Shown: positions 27,101-38,592 of the stretch, piece by piece
How the letters are laid out: every line of letters starts with the position of its first letter
Position numbering within the stretch: position 1 is the stretch's first letter
Origin: Vermamoeba vermiformis
Lineage: Eukaryota
Direction of reading: 5' to 3'
Length of the DNA stretch: 64,000 bases
Assembly: GCA_045837725.1 (NCBI GenBank)
Contig: JBEWZL010000124.1
Span: 372,001 to 436,000, forward strand
Program-made: the position numbers and the translations under genes
Notes under the pieces: generated by a model
Databases searched by the model: none
Told to the model about the DNA's origin: nothing
The model's input: only the letters and a program-made list of their open reading frames with translations

Positions 27101-28623
27101 CGTGCGTTTCGATTTTGCGTGCTTTTCATTCGCCTCGTAGTCCGAAAAGTCGATTTACTTACAAACACCTTTAAAGGAAAATTTGCGAGGGAAAGTTGGT
27201 CGTAAAGCTCCAAGATCTGGATGGCCCTGACGCCGTGGACGTGTACATCCGTCTGGATGTGCTTGTGTATCCGTTAGGCCTCGTGCCCGGTACGCGAGTG
27301 ACCTTCTACAATGTGGAGCGCAGAATGTCTAAGACGCAATCAATCTACTGCACGATGAGCGAGGAGAGTGCGCTTGTGTTACATGAGTGGGACAAACAAA
27401 AATTATGTGACACAAGTAACAGATCTGCTCCCCTCGACTTGTTTGACACTACGTATGAGTATAATGCGGTACAATAGATGTTGTCTAACGTCATATTAGG
27501 TATTTCAAGCGCAACACGCCTCTAATCGAGTTTCAAGATCCAAACCATATTCGGCGGGTGTTTGTGCGAGTGTGTGCTTGCGTAGATAAGATTATATCAC
27601 TTAAGGCTGAGTGGCTGTAAGTACACTTAATGATATGCACGCGTTGTATACTTTAATAACTGTCTTGTAAAGTTGCAAGCACTGCAAGCGCCTTTCAGTG
27701 AACGAGATATGCGTCCACGGTTGCAAGAACCAAGGGTAAATCAGCTGCTTTAACAGTGCAAATATGTTGATTGTAGTTAACAGGTTCGTGTTCAACTGCT
27801 CGCTAGTTGCGGCAATCGATGACGGCAGCAATCAAGTCGAAGCACTTGTCAAGGGAGATCTGGTTTGGCAAATGCTCAATTTGACCACCGAGTATCCTTT
27901 TGATCTTCTATTCATTTAAGATTCTTTCTACCGCGATCGTAATCTTTGTTACATTATGTCAATTCGCATTTTATTTGTGTATCACTATTTTAAACTTTTA
28001 CGGCCCTTCCCGGTTGACCTTAACTGGATCTGTAACAGACAAACAAATGGCATTATGGAATATACGATGCTGATGGGCCCTATTAAATACACTCACGGCA
28101 GGTACTATTGTTCTGGTACGTAAACAAAGTTGATGTGATCTATATTTCTGTTTGTCTCTGGATGCACATCCGTGTTTCGATTACTTAGTTTGTACGCTAA
28201 TACAGATAAGCCTTTATCGGCATATCAATCGCGCGAACTTCAAGTCCTTGACGAACAGATCAACAACGACACCATTTACAAGCCTTGGCTATTCTTTGGC
28301 CGGCAGTATTACAAGGTATGACAACATCTGTCATGTAAAGCCATACAGTCGTCTTGCAAGATATATGATGACGCACCTTTAATAACACGATTCAATTTCA
28401 GACCGACGGGCCAGAGTTGGAAAAATCGCCGCCTGTCCGCAAGGCCCCGCATGGTCTAGAACGCGCAATGCCGTACAACACGAGCGACAACAGCGATCAG
28501 AACTCGCACAGCAAGAATCATAGCGAGCTGTGCTTGAGTCAGTGCTACTTCGATGTTCGACACGCGATCAACTATGTTGCCGTTGCGGAGGCGTATCAGC
28601 TGCTACAAGAAATGACCGAGTAG
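24120..28623 (+). CDS. CTC1: Probable CST complex subunit CTC1 (multi-OB-fold telomere protein); 3' exon structure uncertain
   Basis: VGTVTAISP, GLRVGARITAHNIH, DVYIRLDVLVYPLGLVPGTRVTFYNVERRMSKTQSIYC (resembles the vertebrate CTC1 LGLLPGARVHF..LE..VS...NVYC segment), CxxC cluster followed by IDDGS. Confidence 0.7.
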
Positions 28624-29314
28624 CCTTATCTCTGGCTATGTCATCGCCGTTATTATAGCATTGCAAACCGTAGCTTGGCAGAGAAATCAATTCGGTCTTA
28701 AACTCCTTCGGCACGACGAGAATAGTTGCAAAGAATAACCAGCAGATCCAACGAGCTTGTTGCGTTTATTCAAACATGCCGCTACGAGAAGTGGTAAGAA
28801 TTAATGGATTTTAATTCAATAAACGCGCAAGCAATTTCCGTAAAGTAAGTTGGACTTTTGTTTGTCCGGATTTCGTTGTGTGAATAACGCCGCTGTTGAA
28901 GTTACTTCTTCGGTAATGCTTGAATACGAAGAGCAGACGTATACATTGCGGAGAAATAATGTCAGAAATAATGACTTTAATTCTTCGGAGATCTGGATCT
29001 GTTTCTTTCTTTGTTGTTAATGGCACAAGCAGCGGCAGCAAATAGGGCTTAGTATTGAATATTATAAATCAAAAGGATAGCGCGCACATTCCGAAGTTAC
29101 GTCTAACCGTTATACATTAATTGCGCCTTTACCGTGAGAACAATTTTTACGGATCCCGAAACTTGAAACCGACACAAAACGAATTGATTTATGACAGAAG
29201 CCGTTATGATTAATCTTATTTCGCATTCGCATGATTTATTTCGCTATTGTACATGGTTTCAAAATTGGCTTTACATTATTCACAGTGGTTTCGTTTGTAT
29301 TGTAGGTATGGTAT

Positions 29315-30371
29315 TTAGTTATCCTTGACTCGTCTTGATTTGTGATTGTATCGCTTGTTATTGAACCACTGAGAATAAGTACGCGGTTAATTAAATGGCC
29401 GAGGGGAAGAAACTAAACTCCGAAAACTCACCTTTGTCACACGTCGGCTGGATGACCAACCCAACTGCCTCCTAATGTCATCGTACTGTGCGCGAGTGGG
29501 ATAAGGGTTTTCTTTGTATATTCTGTATAGGGTGCGTTAGTTATTGCCTTTAAGTTAAGCAAATCAATTTTCCTTTTCAGGATAAATTCCAGCTCGCAAG
29601 ATCTTGCGCTTAATAAATCGCATTAAAGATGCCTTACCTCTCTAAAAAGTTTCTTTCTTCTTGGGAAGTGACTGTTCTGCGTGATACTTCGCGGCCCTTA
29701 GCGCCGTTAGGAGAATCAAAGTCAATGTCGCTCATCTCCTCTCCGGATGAATGAAGTTCCTCGCTGGAAGACGTTTTATCGGAGCCGTGGCTAGAAGCAG
29801 TAGAAAGAGTAGGACTGCTTTGTCCTCCAAAGCTGGTAAGCAAGCCAGAGCCGTGCAACTTGTTGATAACTGGCTTTTTCTTTTGAGCCTTTGGGACAGA
29901 TGGCGAGTTTTTGAAGGCCGGAGTAGTTAAAGACATTATATCATTGACTGTTTGGAGTTGCGCAGCATAGGTAGCAGGTACTTCGGACATTCCCATCGAA
30001 GGCGGTTGAACTCCAGGTCCGATCGGAGAGGGGCTAGATTTATGATAGAAGACAAAGTCTTTATCTGCTTCGCCCTTGCCTCCGCCGTTAAGAGTCAAGT
30101 TATGCAGATTCATAATACTAATCTTTGATGATTCGTGACCCAAGCCGTTGGATTGAGCATTGGTAGGATTAACTGCGGGAGAAGAAACAGATGGCAGCTG
30201 TTGTGCGGGGGTTGATTCGCGCTCCATTTCGAGCATCAAATCATGAAGTCGCAAAAGGGGGTCGACGTCCGAGGATGTTTCGTCGTTCTTTATCGTTCTA
30301 GGCTGCATCTTCGGAGAGCTGCGGATGTTGGAAGAGGTAAGCGAATCGAGTGGAGAAGCTGCAACGTTCAT
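29315..30371 (-). CDS. Homeobox transcription factor (C-terminal homeodomain, Ser/Pro-rich N-terminus)
   Basis: Spliced RRTVTSQEERNFLER|IYKENPYPTRAQYDDIRRQLGWSSSRRVTK|WFNNKRYNHK; two GT-AG introns within the homeobox. Confidence 0.85.
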
Positions 30372-31264
30372 TGTTGTAGTGTGTTGACTGTTCGGGTCTT
30401 AAATTAATAAATGAATCGAACACCGAAGTTTTTTTTGTTCTTTCGGAGCACACGACTTCGCCATGTGCCTTTGGGAAACAGCGAAATTTTGGCAAAGACA
30501 CAAAAACATAAAATTCGAAATTCCCGCTCCTTAGGCCTTGAATTGTGCCTTTGTTATAACTCCGTGGTTGAACTAAGGCCACTTGAGTGTATTATAGCAT
30601 TTGGAGCTATTAGTTACACTTCCAAATTTAGTTTCTTTGCGCCTTTAATTTCGGTATTTTGTCGTTTTAAGGTACTTGCATGACCAACTAGAACGTTTGC
30701 GTAATAGGGAGAAAGGCTTAAATTTGTCGCATATGTTTATATTCGGACATTCCAGAGTTGAACTCGTAAACGCGGAACTTGACAAAGTGTGTTCTGATCC
30801 GCAAGATTAATAAATGAATACAAAGGTGCAACAAAAGCTACCATACTTACGGCCGTAAGAGGTGTTATGTCTTGTCGCGTATTACTTAATCATTCATTGC
30901 CTGGGCCGTTCAAACACAGATCTGGACGCCCCTCGCGACAGATTTCGGTGCTTGAATTTCATCCGCTGACTGAAGCTCGCAATACCTTTATAGGCCACGC
31001 GAACGTTAATGTCATGCCTATAATGCACAGCTTCCGCGCGTAAAAAGCCTGCAGATCAGCCTCATCTATGCAGCCCCCAATCGTATTAATTGAGTGTACG
31101 ACGGTTTGAGATTGTGAGTCGCAAAATCACACCTTATGTGGAGCATACAACTGTTGTAAATCAAGGCTAGGGAGAATGAATCGCCGTAAAGCATGCTTTA
31201 AATTTGAATATTTATTGTATCGAGTTATTGGTTCTTATTAAGCATAAGTCTGTATAGGCATACT

Positions 31265-34091
31265 TTAGTTACGTCCTAACAAGGGCATGGCTGTTTGTAC
31301 GCCAGATGAAATGTCGTCTTCCCAAATGTTGGATGTGATGGTCTTTCGTTGAGTGTAGAAGTGGATGCCGGACTAAGTAAAGATTAGCATGCAGTACATC
31401 CACAATTGTCATCGTTAAACCGTTCACATACCTTGCCGTAGAAGTTGGTAGCGCCGATGAATGACTTTCGTGATCCGGTGAAGGAGAAGAAAGGCAAAGG
31501 CACGGGGATGGGCAAGTTAATACCGACCTACAACAACAGTTAAAATCATATAAAGAGGGTTCACAAATTGAAGCGGCGATTTCCTCTGCGTGCGCCTTTA
31601 ATTGAATTTTCTACTGATTTGGTCATCGTGGATAACTTTCCCACAAACATTAATTAAAAGATCACGTGCTCGAGATTCAATTTTAAGAGATCCACGAACC
31701 TTGCTATTTTTATGACTTTAATAAGAACTACTTACTTGACCGACATCGACATCAGTTTGGAACTTGCGAGCAGCAGCCAAGGACTGAGTGAACACAGCAG
31801 TACCGTTGCCGTAAGGATTGCTGTTGATAATGTGCAACGCGTCGTCGAGCGAGTCAGCCTCCATCAAGACGAGGACAGGGCCAAAAATCTCTTCCTTGTA
31901 GACGCTCATGTTGGTGGTTACACCAGACAAGATGGTGGGGCCAACAAAGTTACCCTTCTCATAACCAGCAGGGACCTGAAAAAGGATAATTTAAAACTTG
32001 AGTACCTTCGGAGTGCGGAATTATGCACAAGTAATTAGGGATTAATTAACAATTTAAGTGTGGGATAACCCAGGACATTGTTTTTACGCAGGATTGCGGT
32101 TACGGCGAAATTATGTCTAAGGCGATAAATTCGTGCAAACATAAACATTCGCGCGACAATTCCTAAATTCAATTTCGCCGACACACTGTGAAACTAAATT
32201 TGTGGCAACATTGAATGTTGGTTACAATGCACGCGATTGAATAATAATTTGAGAAACAAAAGGCGGTTATAAGATTTTGCGAATCGTTCCGCATCTGATT
32301 CATTGAATGACGCGTGCAAAAGGCATATATATTTTGCGGTTCAATTCAAATGCAGAAATGTGGAATTAATGCGAGTAACTGCCACTTACCTTAGGATTGC
32401 GACCGTCGAGCACCAATTTAGCGCCTTCCTTGACACCAGACTCAATCAAGCGCAAGACACGCTCTTTGGCACCTTGGTTGATTAAAGGACCAATGTTTGA
32501 CGAGGCATCAGTGTAGGGACCGCACTTCAAGCTCTCAGCCTTCTTGACGAGATCGGGGATCCACTTCTTGGCCTCACCGACCATGATAACGACGGGCAGG
32601 GCCATGCAACGTTGACCAGTGGCACCAAAAGCGGCACCAATGACAGCGTCGAGTGCACTAAAATGTGACACGTGTCATTTACAGACCTTCGCGTTGTGCA
32701 TCACGAATCTGACTTACCGCTCCTTGGCAGCATCGGGCAAGATGGCAGCGTGGTTCTTAGCAGCCATGTTGGACTGCACGCGCTTGCCACTGCGAGTGCC
32801 GCGCTCGTGAATGTATTCACCGACTCTGTTGGAGCCCACGAAGGAGATGGCTTGAATGGTCGGGTTGTCGCACACAAAGTCGACTGCTTCCTTGGCACCG
32901 TGAATGATGTTCAATGTGCCTGCGGGGAAGATGTCTTTGCCGAGCTCAGCGAGCACTGTGGTGGCACTGGGGTCCAACTCTGAGGGCTTCAAGACAAAGG
33001 TGTTGCCGGTGGTAAGGGCGAGGGGGAACATCCACAAGGGAATCATCTAATTGGTCGCGCAAGTCAGTCACGTGATCAATCGTGCGTCACGGTCACTTAC
33101 AGCAGGGAAGTTGAAGGGAGTGACACCAGCGCAGACACCGAGGGGCTGCAGAATGCTGTAAGTGTCCACATTGTTGCTGACACCTTGCACGGTCTCACCC
33201 ATCATCAAGGTGTTGGTGCTCGTGGCGTGTTCAACGACTTCGAGACCGCGCAACACATCACCGCGCGCATCGAGTTTGATCTTGCCGGCTTCGAGGGAGA
33301 TTTGCTCGGCGATTTTGTCCTGTACATCGTGACTACGTTAGCACGACACCACGAGGTCTAGGTGTTGATCTGCGGCACGTACCATGTGAGTCACGAGTCT
33401 GTCGCGGTAAGCAAACATGGTGCGAGTGCGAGTGGGCACGGGGACCTTCTTCCACTGCGAAACAATGTTAGTCACGCGCTCAGCAGCGAGGCACGCACCT
33501 TTTGGAATGCATCGTGCGCGGAGTTGACAGCGAGGTCCATTTCAGCTTGAGTGGCTTGCGGGCACTTGGCGATGACTTCGTTCGTCGCGGGATTTACGAC
33601 GGGCAACCAAGTGGAGGTTTTGGATTCGACAAACTCGCCGTTGATGAACAAAGGTACAGTCTTGACCTAGTTGATATAGTGATAATTTAGTAATCAGTCT
33701 TCGTGCAATGTAATTGGGGAAATTGAAAAGCTCTTCCAAATCTATTCGTGAACCTCGTGTCAAGTCCACTAATAATTCTGTACTTACTGCAGCTGATCTC
33801 TTCACGCTAGAGTGGAATGATCGCACACTGGCGGTGTTGAGAGCCTATCAGAAAGATACTTGTGAGTTAACGGATTTTAGAAATAATTGTTTCAATTCAA
33901 TTATAATCCGGATTATGGGCGTTTAATTAACTTTACACGGAAACGATTTTTTAATAACGATTTTTTAAATTTTGATTTAAGTTGAATATCTTTGTGGATT
34001 CAGTAATTATTTGATGAAGAGACAGATCCATCTTTACAGCCGTAGATACCTTAGAATTGACTCTAGTTACCAAAGACAAGGCACGTTGCAT
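31265..34091 (-). CDS. ALDH6A1: Methylmalonate-semialdehyde dehydrogenase (acylating), mitochondrial
   Basis: [85 protein letters not shown]. Confidence 0.95.
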
Positions 34092-34755
34092 TATGGTGAT
34101 GCGTTAAAACAGATAGGGATAACTAGCAGGAAAAATAAAACCAACTTTGATGTCGTCTATTTTTGACGGCGCAGCTCTGAGAAAGGGCAGCTCGCTTTAC
34201 TCGGGCACCGTGGACTGGTGCAATAACAGATTTGAAAGAGTTTGTAATTAGTTGGCCTTACCTCTAACTGATCATATGGTCACAAAAGAAGGGCACGAAC
34301 AATTCCTTCGCATCGTCGGTCGCCTGGTCAAGTTCACTCGAAGCGTTGCCGTACTGACTAAGCACTCCCGAATTGCTTGAGAGTATCGTTGTTCGTGTAT
34401 TATATGTTGGGGAACAAATCCCTGCTTCGAAAAATAATTGTGGCAGCACCTATCGTACGATCAAGCTATTTGCACTATTTGCTGTACTCACGAGACCACT
34501 AGCTAGCGTATATCTTGTTTTAAGCATGAAGAGGACCCTTTCTTAGTGAATGTGTTGCTTTCGCGCCTTCTCGGGAATTCTGGACAAAAAATAGCCGTTA
34601 GGTACAAAAAAAAAAAGACAATTCTGGACAAAAAACAAATTTCATTGCCTTTAATAATAAAGTTTCGCGCAATAACTCAACACAGTAGCTAGCCGTTTAG
34701 AAGTTGACCAAAAATTCAATATCGAACGAATCTCCGTTGAGTTATCCTCTCCATA

Positions 34756-35534
34756 ATGAACAAAGCTCGTGGATTATTCATTACTGTTGAAGGCATTGAC
34801 CGTAGCGGGAAAACAACCCAGTGCCGTTTAATCGCTGACAAGTTAAAAGAAAAAGGAATCCGCGTGGAGATTATTCGTTATCCAGGTACGCCATGGCATT
34901 CCAATAATACGATTTGCGCCCATGACTGATTTATTAGTGCGAGAATCTGAAACTGGGCGGGTCATAGACAAGTATTTGAAGGGAGAAATAACTTTGTCGC
35001 CGAAAGAAGCGCACGAGTTGTTTGCAAAAAATCGCACCGAACACAAGTTTGTTGCTCCTCGTGGTTATAATGTAATCGTAGTCTAACAATCCACAGAGAA
35101 GAGGTGTGGCAAAAGCTGATGGCCGGGGTCACGCTGATCGTTGACAGGTACTCCTATTCCGGCATAGTGTACTCAGTTGCCAAGGTCAGACTCGAATAGT
35201 CTCGATGCATTGCTAACATACAGATAGGGTTTGTCTTGGAGCGAGTGTGCCTCAACTGAACTCGGGCTTGTAGCTCCAGATCTGGTATTTTACTTGAACC
35301 TAACTCCTGAGGACGCAGCTACCCGCAGCGATTACGGTGCGGAGATTTTCGAAACGGTGTCATTCCAGAATCGAGTGTATGAGGCCTATCAAACGCTGAT
35401 TCGAGCTAATCAGTGGATGGTAAGGTGTTTCGTATTTTGAAATTGGTATTAGTATATTAATGCAACACTTATCAGGTGATTGATGCTAAACAAGAAGTGT
35501 CCTGCATCACTGAGCAAATGATCTGCAGTAATTA
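34756..35534 (+). CDS. Thymidylate kinase, divergent paralog; C-terminus uncertain
   Basis: MNKARGLFITVEGIDRSGKTTQ, IRYP, LIVDRYSYSGIVYS, GLVAPDLVFYL, YGAEIFE; four GT-AG introns. Confidence 0.88.
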
Positions 35535-35957
35535 GCGCGACACTATCTACCGCTGCAAAGGATGTACTGGTGTTCTCAGAGCGTCACTTTAGCACCCTCT
35601 CTGATCTTGATAGCGGAAGATGCATCGATCTCATTCGTCTCACGGATCAATGTCGGTCTAGCATTGTCAGTACGACACTGTGAAGTTGAGAAATATTAGT
35701 CCAAGCTAACTTTGTACTTATTAACTATAATTAATTCTAAACGTAATTGATTAACGTTGCACTACTAATGCTACTTACATTGGTTGTACTAGTCCGCTTA
35801 ACTCTGGTACCCTCTAAAATAAGCGGCCTCCTGGAATTGTGCCTGTCAACGGCGTGTGGACTGGTATAGGGCACTATTAGGATTCATTGTGCGGTTAGAT
35901 TATGACGCTCACTAGTGCAGTATATTAACAAGCTTATTTATGCGAGTTTGAACAAGG

Positions 35958-36761
35958 TTAGTGCCACAAATGTTGGATGGGCTTGTCTGCGTACGAGTTG
36001 ATGGCTTCCAGTGCCAGGCGTTGTATTTGTGCGTGCAGTTCATCGATACTCTGACGCGCATCGAGCACTTGCCACGAGTCAGCTTTGAGTTGGTGGAAGA
36101 TGTTGCGCACTTTCTTTTGAAATTCTTCTTTCTCGTACCGCTCTGCTCCAAAGTCGCCTATTCATTATTAATATGCAATCTAGAGACTATGCTGTGCGAG
36201 GGTTATCAAGACTACATACCACGTTTCTTGGACTCTTCAATGTCGAGGTCCATGAAAATGACCAGGTCCGGTGCGGGCAGTCCTTCATCAGGGTTCTTGC
36301 ACCATTGTAAGGACAGACCCTTGGCAGCACTGAATGCAACACCTGAATATGCATATCTGTCCATCACTATTGTCTTGCCTGCCTTCAAATGATTTTCAAT
36401 CGTCTCTCTGCCAGTCTGTTAGTAGCCGCGATAATAGAGCTGCTTAAATAGGACGTACTTAGCCTCCCATCGATTGACGGAATATAGCAGGTGAATGCTC
36501 TCATCTTGGAGATTGGTTTGATTGGTAAGATAGGCATTAATAATTTTACCAATTTCCGTTGTGCGATCTGTCATTTAAACGATTGATACTACCGCATTAT
36601 TACTATGTAATTGCATATGTATTACCAGGAAATCGCATGTGTTCGCAGGGAATATTTTGAGCACGCAGGAATTCGACCAGTTTGCCAGTCTGCGTTGTCT
36701 TGCCGCAACGATCCACGCCTTCAAACAATATAAAAGCACCCCTCTTGACTAGTTGACTCAT
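35958..36761 (-). CDS. DTYMK: Thymidylate kinase (dTMP kinase), canonical
   Basis: KRGAFILFEGVDRCGKTTQ, RFPDRTTEIG, IHLLYSVNRWE, MDRYAYSGVAFSAAKG, GLPAPDLV, FGAERYE. Confidence 0.93.
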
Positions 36762-36912
36762 CTCGTATATCAATGGTGTATTTGAGTTGTAGTCTTCTCT
36801 TATAATTCAAATTTCTAACACCAAAAACGCGCGAAAAAAAATCTTTTCATTTTCACGTGCCTGGCTTTGTGATTAATCGCACTTTATTTATCAATAGCAA
36901 CACAGCTCTATA

Positions 36913-38555
36913 ATGTCCACTCACAAGCCTTCGTGTTTGATTGTTGGTACTGGCGAGTACGTCACTGGCTACGTGCACGGAGCTGGCAGTCAGGTAAGCA
37001 GATCTAACCATGAAGAGTGTAGTTTATCACAGTAAATGGCGCAATAAATTAATACAGCTGTAGAGCGACAAAAAAGTCGGTGTGGTCGGCTTAGTATTGT
37101 TTGATCTTCGTCGCAGAGGCAAAATCGATCGTATTTTAATTGCAGGTTCAAATGGCACTAAATTCCCTGGTATTCGCGATCACTTGAAGCGAGTAAGTAA
37201 TATTGCTATAATGTTCAACACTAGGGTGATGTTGCACGAGACCTGTTGATTCACATTTGTGCCTCGTACTTACAATACACTGGTGCCTAGAATGTCGAAC
37301 AAGTCTATCGCGACATGAGTGTGGACTTTGAATCATATCCTGCAGACACTACGACGAGTGACCCTCAAGCCTACATTAAGGCCATGGACACGCTCAAGAA
37401 GGGCGATCTGGTGTTCATCTTCACCCCTGGTACTACACTCGTTATGATGTGCACGAGCAGCACTGACCACACCTCGCAGATGACTTGCACTTCGACATCG
37501 CCAAAGAGGCCATGACGCGCGGACTGCACGTGTTGATCACCAAGCCGCCAGTCAAAACACTGCCCGAACACTTGGCACTGGTGCGGATCTGACACACCAC
37601 ACTCGCTTAGTCACTGACACTATTCACTAGAGTGAGCTCGCCATCAAGAACAACGTGTTGTGCGCTATTGAAGTGCACAAGCGCTATGATCCCATGTACG
37701 CCGATGCCAAGCAGCGCATCCAACAACAGCTGGGCGAGTTCAGCTACTTCTACGCGTACATGAGTCAGCCCAAGAAGCAGCTCGTCACCTTCAAGCAGTG
37801 GGCTGGCAAGTCGAGCGACATCAGCTACTACTTGAACTCGCATCACGTCGACTTTCATTGCTGGGCTGCGAGCAGTTTTGCCAAGCCAGTGTACGTCTTG
37901 ATACTTAATGCACACTAGATATATATAAGACACTAACGACGATGCAGCTCTGTGAAGGCATTGGCATCCACAGGTGTCGCACCAACGATTGAGAACATTG
38001 ACGCGGAAGACACCATCACCATCATGGCGCAGTGGCTCAACAATCAGTCGCAGGTCAGAATTGAATAGGACTATAGTACATATGAATACCACTAATATTG
38101 CGCAGAATCAAGGCACAGCTGTCTACACCGCGAGCTGGATAGCGCCGACCTCGGATGTGCACTCCCAACAGCGCTTTCACTACATGGGCCACAAGGGCGA
38201 GGTCACCATCGATCAAGCACACCGCGGCTACTTCTTGGCCACGGACAAGGACGGGCTCGCATCCGTCAATCCGCTGTACATGAAGTACACGCCCGACGAG
38301 CAGGGCTACTTCTCGGGCCAGCAGGGCTACGGCTTCAAGAGTCTCGAACTGTTCGTCGACTCGGCCGTGCAGCTCAGTGCAGGCAGCGCGACACTGAAGA
38401 GCTTGGAGCAGAGTGTGGCTGCCATCACAGCTGCGGCCACTCAGCGCGCCACTGCCATCTTGCACGCAGCACGCATGAGCATTGACTCGCAGCGCTCAGT
38501 GCGCATCAAGTACAACGAGCAGGACTATCCAGTGGACTTGGAACTGGTGAACTGA
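36913..38555 (+). CDS. Gfo/Idh/MocA oxidoreductase, D-galacturonate reductase (GaaA)-like
   Basis: [95 protein letters not shown]; closely follows my recollection of Aspergillus GaaA. Confidence 0.85.
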
Positions 38556-38592
38556 AGTGTAGCGGAGTGAATTAAAGGGATTTATTTACACT

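Noticed and set aside
30843-30852. ATACTTAC resembling the U1 snRNA 5' end
   Set aside because: It continues GGCC rather than CTGG and shows no U1 structure; better explained as the reverse complement of a splice donor (GTAAGTAT) in the homeobox 5' UTR
34264-34449. 61-aa minus-strand ORF between MMSDH and the dTMP kinase; also 6103-6417
   Set aside because: No recognisable motifs or convincing start and exon chain; treated as intergenic
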